Shown here: one piece after another, positions 35,713 to 44,342 of the stretch
Position numbering within the stretch: position 1 is the stretch's first letter
How the letters are laid out: each line of letters starts with the position of its first letter
DNA from: Octopus bimaculoides
Lineage: Eukaryota
DNA length: 44,342 nucleotides
NCBI RefSeq assembly: GCF_001194135.2
Contig: NC_069001.1
Location: 17,873,518-17,917,859 of the forward strand
Direction: 5' to 3'
Position numbers and translations under genes: made by a program
The notes under the pieces: model-generated
The model's database searches: none
The model's input: only the letters and a program-made list of their open reading frames with translations
What the model was told of the DNA's origin: nothing

Positions 35713-36020
35713 TAAAACAACATATTACTCTACCTCCAGTATTTGGGGACTATTTTTTCCAACCTTGTTTCACATTTATGTGAAACAAGGGAGAATTCAC
35801 AAAAAAAAACAAAAGACGGAGACAGGTGGTGTAGACAACAAATATATATATATATATACCAGAGTAAACACATAAATGTGAAACAAGGTTGGAAAAAATA
35901 GTCCTCAAATACTGGAGGTAGAGTAATATGTTGTTTTATTATTAAAGCTGCAAAAACATCACAAAAATATCACAAAAAACTGGTACTCAGAGTTTCACGT
36001 TCCCATTCATTGGACAGTTT
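35713..36020 (-). mobile_element. Penelope-like pseudo-LTR with a 70-bp inverted tail
   Basis: 35713-35782 is the reverse complement of 35869-35938 with one mismatch, and a hammerhead lies at 35977-36020 on the same minus strand. Confidence 0.7.
35977..36020 (-). ncRNA. Degenerate minimal hammerhead D (probably inactive)
   Basis: The minus strand reads aaactgt-CCAATGA-atgggaacgt-GAAA-ctctgag-TA-ccagttt. Stem II is a(t)g-ggaa-cgt and stem III is ACTC-T-GAGT. The core has U4C and G5A. Confidence 0.65.
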
Positions 36021-36047
36021 GGATTACAGCTTTAATAATAAAGTATG

Positions 36048-36095
<48 letters not shown>

Positions 36096-36456
36096 CATAC
36101 ACACAACAGGCTTCTTTCAATTTCCTTCTACCACCGAATCCACTCACAAGGTTTTGGTCAGCTTGGAGCTACAGAGCAGTGGAACTGAACCTGAAACCAT
36201 GTGGTTGGGAAGCAAGCTTCTTAATCACACAACCACATCTGCACCTAGTATTAAATAAACTAAATCTCAGAAAATGATGGTGAGTTCACAGACGGAAACC
36301 CCCTTGATGATATGTCTACTGGATCTGGACCAACTAAGGCCTAAACAGTAAGAACAACAAAGCAATAGTATATTAAAGAAAATATTAAAACTTGTTCAAT
36401 AAATTCAAAACTGTTAATTATTAATGCATATGAAACTAATACTAGAAGAGGCTCAC

Positions 36457-36597
36457 TTCGTACTGATAAACCACATTAATGGAATAATTGGTTGCTTTCT
36501 CTCCCAAGTATGGTAGTCTCATCCTTGTGATACACATATTTAATTCATCATATACCCGTACTTGATCTCGCAGCCAAAATACCAATTTACTCATCAA
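36457..36597 (-). CDS. SHPRH: SHPRH exon
   Basis: tttacag|LMSKLVFWLRDQVRVYDELNMCITRMRLPYLGEKATNYSINVVYQYE|gtgagc; 141 nt. Compare LHEYWMALRNRVSAVDELAMATERLRVR. Not in the ORF track. Confidence 0.88.
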
Positions 36598-37707
36598 CTG
36601 TAAAAAACACAAAACATTTCAGATATTAAAATAAGAAAAGAAAAGGATTAAGGATGAAGTGATTACAACAACTGAAGTCTCTTTATTTTAGGATAGTGGA
36701 GCACCTAAGGATACTGGAATTATCACTGAGGACCTTAGAAGTTACCAGTATTTATTATTATTATTATTTTTAATAATTATTAATTTCTAAAATAGTGATT
36801 TCAAAGTTTTGGCTCAGTAGCCCGCATCAGAATGTGAAGTTTATTTATGGTTTTTCTAAGCTTTGTATATATTTTTTGGTTCATCTTATGGTTGGAGTAT
36901 AATAGTTGCCATGTAGGTGCATTTTTGTAGCATATAAAGAAACATCTCTATGGATTGTTTAATCAAGCAAAATGACTTGTAAAAATTGTAAAAATAAAAT
37001 GTAATATTCCACTTAAATGTAGTGCATGATCTTTCAATTAGTTTGACTTTTAAAAACAAACACACACACACACACACACACATTATATATTGGTATCAAT
37101 AAACAACAATATGTTATGTGTGGAATGGAAGAATCACTTGATAAAAGCATTGGAGAGAAACNNNNNNNNNNAGGAGGAGGGGATGATTCACAATAACATA
37201 GCTTCACTAATCTGAATATCAATAAGGTCATAATTGAATTATCTTTTATCTTTTATCTTTTATCTTTTATCTTTTATCTTTTATCTTTTATCTTTTATCT
37301 TTTGCTTCTTTCAGTCATTAGACCGTGGCTATGCTGTCGCACTGCCTTGAGGAATTTTAGTTGAACAAATCAACCCCAGTACTTTTATTTTTCTAAGCCT
37401 GGTACTTATTCTATCAGTCTCTTTTGCTAAACTGCTAAGCCACAGGGATGTAAACACACCAACACGGGGTGTTAAGTGGTGGTGGATGACAAACACAGAC
37501 GCACAACACACACACATGCGTGTATGTGTGTGTGCGCGTATGTACCACTGGCTTCCTTCAGTTTCCGTCAATCAAATCCATTCACAAAGCTTTTGTCAGC
37601 AAACTCCTTACCACATAGCCGCTCCTGTTCCTATTGATAGATTTTTTTTTTATATTTTACTAACTTATTTAAAATTTCAAACTTTCACCTTACAGAAAAA
37701 TACTTAC

Positions 37708-37781
37708 AGGAAATTCTTTGCGGTAAACTTCAAATAACTTCAAATGAAGACCAGCTTGTTGGTCTAGGTCTGGATTACTGT
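37708..37781 (-). CDS. SHPRH: SHPRH exon
   Basis: cattag|ac SNPDLDQQAGLHLKLFEVYRKEFP|gtaagt; 74 nt, phase 1/0. Compare DEGSTSMDLFEAWKKEY. Confidence 0.85.
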
Positions 37782-37999
37782 CTAATGACAAAGAAATAAC
37801 ACAAAGTCACGCTTAGAGTAAAGTAAGGATTTCTTTGAACTGAATCAAAGATGAACCAAAGCCAAGTTAATAAACAACAATATATTATTATTATTATTAG
37901 TGAGATGAAAGAGTTGCTTGGTAAAAACAATGGAGAGAAATGGTTTGCAGAATTTTAGTTAAGAGATTTCATCTAAAAGTATCAAGACTGGTGTTATAA

Positions 38000-38300
38000 A
38001 AACAAAACTACAACACATACCAATTCAGCACTTTATCGCCTTCAAAATAGTTCTTCTGAAGCCACACACTATATCCAGGATTGTTTCCATTGATGGATGT
38101 ATTCCTGGAACTCCTTTTAGGGGATAGCAAGCAGCTACCTCATCACATTTTCTTAGAATGCCTCAATGTCTTGAAATCTTGTTCCTTTCAAACCTTGGTT
38201 TTGAGACCCTAGCAGCCATAGACCCATGATTTCTCACCTTTAATGACCATTTTCAAAAAGTTTTCATTTTTCTTGACACAATCAAGGAGATCCTGCACAG
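38000..38300 (-). mobile_element. Internally deleted mariner-like transposase 3' remnant
   Basis: FQDIEAF*ENVMR*LLAIPK...KNYFEGDK resembles the mariner C-terminus FEDVEAIKRNAT..L..IPK...QGDYFEGD. Confidence 0.45.
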
Positions 38301-39711
38301 CTGAAACCTGATCTTTTTTTTTTTTTTTTTTTTGAGACAACCACACTCTACACACTTCACTTTTAAGCCCTGCTACAAACAACAGAAGTGAGTAAGAACA
38401 TTATAACTTAGGGTGCATGTGTGACAGAGTTCAAGGTCAATTTATGTTGAGCAACTTCACTCTACATACTTTAACTCTGTTACCATAGCAAGAACCCTGA
38501 TGCTTTTTTGGTAAGAACTCACATGTCTCTGTAAGTCAGTGGTTTTTCAGACAAGTGTGCTATGGTGTGCTGGCTCACTGCAAAAGGAATCTTCATACAC
38601 AATGGATTCTTAAAAATACAATTTATGGATTAAGCAAAAAATTCAGTGTTTTATTCATAACTGCGATTCAAGCAACAGTGGCTGGTTGGTTGATTGGTTG
38701 CTTGCTTGCTTACAATCATGTGATTTCAGATGCAGTTGTACAGTATGGCATCTTGGACACATGTCTTTTACAATCCTGGGATGACCAAAGCTTTGTGAAT
38801 GATTACAGTAGATGGAAAATGTACTGTTCAAAGCCTGCTATCATCATCATCATCATCCTTTAACATCCGTTTTCCAAGCTGGCATGGGTTTGATGGTTTG
38901 ATCAGAGCTGCACCAAGTTCCAGTCTGATTTGGTTTAGTTTCTATAGCTGGATGCCCTTCCTAACACCAACCACTTTATAGCGTGTGCTAGGTGCTTTTA
39001 ATATGGCACCACACAAGCGCTTTTATGTGGCACCAGCACAAGAGCTCTTTACGTGGCATCAGCACACAACTCTTTCAAGTCAATCTTCTTCACCAGGGGG
39101 AGTGGCCTTAACCCTTTTGCTGTGGAGGACAGGTCTTCTTGAGTACCTTCTGTTTTAGAGGAGGGGTCAAACAAAATAATCATAGTCAGAACACCTTTGA
39201 TCATAGGCCTGCTCAGACAAGTATGACCTGGAGGCTAAACAACAACAAAACAAGAGCCAAAAGGGTAGGAGTGGGCTTCAATGCAGCTGTCCGACCTGCT
39301 AGAAATAGCAGCCAAATACCCTACCATCTTATAAAAATCAAAGATACATTGAATAATATAGATTAGGGTAGACTGTGCCTGCCTAAAAAAAAAGATGTGA
39401 GATATGTCATAACTGGAGTAGTTTTAATCAATTGGTCAGCTTAATCAAACATTAAGTGATGGCATGAGACAGCCTGTATGTAGTCATACAACCTGCTAGA
39501 AATAGCAACCAAATCCCCCGCAAATCTCACCCAACTATCTAAAATAAAAAAACAAAACAAAGATACATTGGATAATGTAGTTCTAGATACATTATGTCTG
39601 ATAAAAAGACAGGATGATCACAACTGGAACATCTTTAACCACAGGTCAGCTTGATTAGGCCTAACATGATGCTGAGCAACAAGATTAAAAGAATACAAAT
39701 CTTCCACTTAC

Positions 39712-39842
39712 GATATAAAAAAGGGAGGTAGCTGTATATACATTTCAACATTATCTCCAGTTCTCCTTCCCGCCAATTACCAACTCGGCGCCGCAACACA
39801 GATGCACCTTCCTCAGTGTTTAAAGAAAAGTCAAGAATGTCA
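39712..39842 (-). CDS. SHPRH: SHPRH exon
   Basis: ttccag|t DILDFSLNTEEGASVLRRRVGNWREGELEIMLKCIYSYLPFLY c|gtaagt; 131 nt, phase 2/1. Compare RGLWAISETERSMKAILSFAKSH. The c|ac join gives His. Confidence 0.87.
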
Positions 39843-40259
39843 CTGGAAATGATTTTTTAAAAAAAAGATAAAAATAAAATAAAAAACAAAGACAAAAATC
39901 TTTTTTAAAAAAACTATATCAACCATGTTTTACTGAAACAAATATCGTACACACAACATATACAATATGGAGAGAGGTACAACCTCCACTGAACAGAAAA
40001 TATTATTATAAACCCTTCCAAAACAAGGGTTTTATGCTTGGGTTTATGATAACCTTTCCCAAGCATACAACTAGAACCCTTGCTACAAATGTTAAGTTCT
40101 TTTTTTTTTACCTTTTTTATAAATCTTTATTAAGGAACATTTTTCATGGCCCCAACAGCAAAATGGAAAAGGTGTTGCCCCAGAGGACAGCAAAAGAGAT
40201 GCACTGGAACAGCACTCTGATTCACAAGGCTTACATTTGCAGACAACCATCTCCACCCA

Positions 40260-40800
40260 GGTAGTGGTGTGCAGGGGTTCAAGAATGCTACAGGCTAAAC
40301 CATAAACTTATCGGAGAATGACCAATACCTTGACAATTTGCTTTTCTCAGCCTGACAAGCAGCAGAGTCAGGGCTGGTAGCTAACCACACCAAGTTGCAA
40401 GGTGTCACAACATGTGGCATCCCAGATGAGGGGCCTATCACCACAGAATGGGAAAATTACCATACCATCTGGACTTATACTATTCCCTCAATCTAGCCCT
40501 GCTGGCTCAAGCTGGGAAGGTTGCAGAGTGTAGGCCATGCTTTATGATCTTGTTCAGGGTGGTATGGCAGAGAAGGTGGCCAACAGTATGATGGCAGGAT
40601 AGAGGGCGGAGGCCAAAAGAATCCACAATGGATCCACAGTGGCATTCTTGAGGCTCAAAGATCTGGAGGCCAAGCCTCAGGGAAATGTTGATGCACAGAC
40701 AGCTATCAAGCTGAATGCCAGTTGCAAGTGAGCCAAGGTCTGCTGTGAGGCTTGGAGGCTGGACAGAAACATGCCAGACAGTGCTGGTCAAGTCAGTGCA
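40260..40800 (-). mobile_element. CRE-like (restriction-like endonuclease) non-LTR retrotransposon C-terminal remnant
   Basis: LRLGLQIFEPQECHCGSIVDSFGLRPLSC (zinc knuckle)...LN.IIK..L..A..P..LEPAGLD...SPDG..IFPF...PLIWDATCCDT (PD..D nuclease). Confidence 0.75.
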
Positions 40801-42043
40801 CTAACTCATCCACAATCATGCTACACTGGATGGTGTCCCATTTCTTTTCAGAGGACTGGTCATCCACAGAGGGAAGAGGGGGATGGACATCAAATCATCA
40901 CTGAGGATTTTTTCTGAGAGGACAGTGGAAAATTTTAAAGGGTACTGAAGGCCAAAATAGTGAGGGTGGTAATAAATGGGTTTTTTAATTGCGTTTAATT
41001 TTCAAAAATATTTTTAATTTCTAATTTTTTCTCAAATCATCTGGTAATATTTAAAATAGCCAAAATATTGTTTTGACCTTCCATACTATAATTGAGGAAA
41101 TAACTAAGATGTAAGTCTTTTAACCCTTTACCTGTCCAAATCATTTTCGTAAGTTCATCCTAAACAGCCACCTTTGTTTCCAGACATTTAGTTAATCTTT
41201 GTTTCATACATTCTGAGTTATTATTTTACTTGTTTCAGTCATTTGACTGTGGCCATGCTGGGGCACTACCTTGAAGGGTTTTAGTTGAACAAATTGAACC
41301 TAGGACTTATTTTTTAAAGCCTGGTAATTATTCTATTGGTCTTTTTTGCTGAACTGCTAAGTTATGGGGATGTAAACACATCAACACTGGTTGTCAAGCA
41401 GGGGGGGGGAGACAAACAGACACAAAGACACACACACATAGATATAGATATATGTGTATACACACACACATATATGACGGGCTTCTTTTCAGTTTCTGTC
41501 TACCAAATTCAACCACAAGGCTTTGGCCAGCCCAAGGCTATAGTAGAGGACACTTGCCCAAGGTGCCATGCAGTGGGACTGAACCCAGACCATGTGGGTA
41601 GAAAGCAAGTTTCTTACCACACCTGTGCCTGTTCTTACCACATAGCCACACCTATTATATAAAGTGTTTCATTCATAAGTCCCAAATTATTCTAGTGGTT
41701 GAAAAAATATTAGGAATGTGTATCATATACGATGCATGGATGTCAGGCAAATATGTCCTGCAGTAGTACATGTGATAAGCAAAGAGTTAATGGTGATCAA
41801 CCTAATCAACAGAGAATTTTGGTGGTGTATTTTTAATGTGTTGTTGAATCACAGCAAAGGGATGCTGAAAGACTGTTTGTAAAAAAAAAAAAATGGACAA
41901 GAAGTGAGCAGAAAAAGTTTGTGAAGTACTGCTCTAGACCAATAACAAAAAAAAGAAAAAGTTGAAAATAAACCAAAGATGACAAAATTTTGTTGGATGT
42001 GCCTGATAAAGAAAGATCACAGCTAGTGGCAATCATCATCATC

Positions 42044-43180
42044 ATCATCATCATCGTTTAACGTCCGCTTTCCATGCTAGCATGGGTTGGACGATTTGAC
42101 TGAGGACTGGTGAAACCGGATGGCAACACCAGGCTCCAATCTAATTTGGCAGAGTTTCTACAGCTGGATGCCCTTCCTAACGCCAACCACTCAGAGAGTG
42201 TAGTGGGTGCTTTTACGTGTCACCTGCACGAAGGCCAGTCAGGCGGTACTGGCAACGGCCACGCTCGAAATGGTGTCTTTTATGTGCCACCCGCACAAAA
42301 GCCAGTCCAGGGGCACTGGCAACGATCTCGCTCAAAAACCCTATGAAGGCNNNNNNNNNNNNNNNNNNNNNNNNNNNNNNNNNNNNNNNNNNNNNNNNNN
42401 NNNNNNNNNNNNNNNNNNNNNNNNNNNNNNNNNNNNNNNNNNNNNNNNNNNNNNNNNNNNNNNNNNNNNNNNNNNNNNNNNNNNNNNNNNNNNNNNNNNN
42501 NNNNNNNNNNNNNNNNNNNNNNNNNNNNNNNNNNNNNNNNNNNNNNNNNNNNNNNNNNNNNNNNNNNNNNNNNNNNNNNNNNNNNNNNNNNNNNNNNNNN
42601 NNNNNNNNNNNNNNNNNNNNNNNNNNNNNNNNNNNNNNNNNNNNNNNNNNNNNNNNNNNNNNNNNNNNNNNNNNNNNNNNNNNNNNNNNNNNNNNNNNNN
42701 NNNNNNNNNNNNNNNNNNNNNNNNNNNNNNNNNNNNNNNNNNNNNNNNNNNNNNNNNNNNNNNNNNNNNNNNNNNNNNNNNNNNNNNNNNNNNNNNNNNN
42801 NNNNNNNNNNNNNNNNNNNNNNNNNNNNNNNNNNNNNNNNNNNNNNNNNNNNNNNNNNNNNNNNNNNNNNNNNNNNNNNNNNNNNNNNNNNNNNNNNNNN
42901 NNNNNNNNNNNNNNNNNNNNNNNNNNNNNNNNNNNNNNNNNNNNNNNNNNNNNNNNNNNNNNNNNNNNNNNNNNNNNNNNNNNNNNNNNNNNNNNNNNNN
43001 NNNNNNNNNNNNNNNNNNNNNNNNNAGCCAATCCAGGGGCACTGGCAACGATCCCGCTCGAAAGATTTCATGTGTCGCCCGCACAAGGGCCAGTCCAGGG
43101 GCACTGGCAAACGATCCCACTCGAAACATTTCATGTGTCACCCGCACAAGGGCCAGTCCATGGGCACTGGCAAACCCATA
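42044..43180 (-). mobile_element. Young RTE-tail element with an internal ~60-bp GC-rich minisatellite collapsed into a gap
   Basis: Same head as 27511. Units such as gggccagtccaggggcactggcaacgatcccgctcgaaagatttcatgtgtcgcccgcacaa flank the 42351-43025 gap. Confidence 0.85.
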
Positions 43181-43430
43181 CTAACATGAAGAAATGAACC
43201 AAAAGCACTCCAGACATGACCATCTCATCTTTATATGAATAACAGGGACTATGCTGTCCAAAGGCTCTCTCTAAACTTAAGACTGTAATGTTTAATTTGA
43301 GAGAGATTTAGTATCTATTTTTAGTATGTTAAGCAACAACACAGAGGGTCCCTCATTGATTCAGCAAATACAATAAAGGTTATTGAACAGAAATCTGGTA
43401 CAATGGTCCCAAACAACTCCAAAATCTCAC

Positions 43431-43499
43431 CTTTGGTTAATTCTGTACAAACAAGATTCATATTCCTCCAAGTCTTTTTTCAAAAGGCACATTTGGCAC
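43431..43499 (-). CDS. SHPRH: SHPRH exon (most 5' exon in the window)
   Basis: tttcag|g CQMCLLKKDLEEYESCLYRINQ ag|gtgaga; 69 nt, phase 2/2. Compare CVFCKADELFTEYESKLF. The gene continues beyond the window. Confidence 0.85.
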
Positions 43500-44109
43500 C
43501 TGAAAAAAAAATTATGAAAATATCTTTTATCTTTTACTTTTTTCAGTCATCACACTGTGGCCATGCTGGGGCACTGCCTTGAAGAATTGTAGTTGAACTT
43601 AGTGACCCCAGTACTTATAATTTTTTTGTGAAGCCCATTACTTATTCTATGGTCTCTTTTGCCAAACTGCTAAGTGACTGCAACATAAACACATCAGTTG
43701 TCAAGTAGTGATGAGGGACAAAGACACATACACACATACAATGGGCTTCCTTCAGTTTTACTCACAAGGCTTTGGTCAGTCTGAGGCTAGAGTAGAAGAC
43801 ACTTGTCCAAAGTGCCACACAGTGGGACTGAACCAGGAACCATGTGGATGAGGAGCAAACTTCTTACCACACAGCTACACCTGTGCCTATACAAGACTGT
43901 TTTTTTCCATCATTGGACTATGGCCAGAGCATCACCTTCTATGCCTTCTAGGGCTTAGTCAATTGCATCAATTGCTGCACTTACTTATCAACTACTATGT
44001 ATTTTATCTACCTCATATACATATATATATACACAAACACACACACACACACACATGTATATTCATATTACATATATATATTACATACACACACATACAC
44101 ACATATATA

Positions 44110-44342
44110 TACTAGCACTATAGCCCGGCTTTGCTCGGGATTAAGTTAGGATTACCTGAGTAATACCATCAACTGAGGCAAATTTGGCACCCGAACGTAA
44201 GTTTTGTAAGAGGAATAGAGAGACCTATCTTCTCCCACAGAGATGTGAGAATCAGATCTCTCCTTTCGAAAACATGAACAGTTTCGTAACATTGTTTACA
44301 AAATAATAGCTGATCGTTTGCGAAGGAGCGTGTCTACAGTCA
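44110..44342 (+). mobile_element. Non-autonomous Helitron/Helentron-like element terminus
   Basis: tactagc...cccggctttgctcggg (short hairpin CCCG/CGGG) resembles Helitron2/DINE-type termini. It runs off the window. Confidence 0.45.

Noticed and set aside
38479-38492. X-box-like GTTACCATAGCAAG
   Set aside because: It is an imperfect match, intronic, and within a transposon remnant.
38555-38863. 102-aa plus-strand ORF, and an apparent minus-strand exon with gtaagc donor at ~38710-38835
   Set aside because: The sequence is a decayed CORE-like SINE, has no SHPRH similarity, and the flanking true exons already join in phase.
17846-42270. Apparent sense-orientation bias of RTE-tail insertions in SHPRH introns
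   Set aside because: My rough count of about 10 sense to 5 antisense is too small to support a claim.
42230-43180. CRISPR-like regularly repeated units (also 22375-22555)
   Set aside because: They are head-to-tail degenerate ~60-66-bp units without unique spacers, lie inside a retroelement tail, and have no cas genes in this eukaryotic context.

Overview
AT-rich, repeat-dense eukaryotic genomic DNA with seven N-gaps. The repeat families look cephalopod/octopus-like, which is an inference from memory and not a database result. The right two-thirds hold the 3' part of a minus-strand SHPRH gene (SNF2 helicase/RING E3 ligase). I reconstructed ten phase-compatible GT-AG exons from 43499 down to the stop at 15995. 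One conserved exon is absent, probably in a gap, and the protein has an ~130-aa Ser/Thr-rich C-terminal extension. The left edge holds the probable first coding exon of a second minus-strand gene (low-complexity N-terminus), with a perfect RFX X-box about 230 bp upstream. The rest is transposon debris: Penelope-like elements (PLEs), Gypsy, RTE, CR1-like and CRE-like LINEs, three mariners, SINEs, a MITE and a Helitron-like end. The most notable unannotated signals are (1) four different minimal type-I hammerhead ribozymes with self-complementary stem III, tied to PLE pseudo-LTRs; (2) a PHD finger inserted inside the RTE reverse transcriptase; (3) an Hsmar1-like mariner whose CpG decay recreates the SETMAR-type 'PDLLPTNYH' motif; and (4) a CpG-decay contrast between the gene body and the intergenic DNA. 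All translations, alignments and folds were done by eye, and TE boundaries are approximate.
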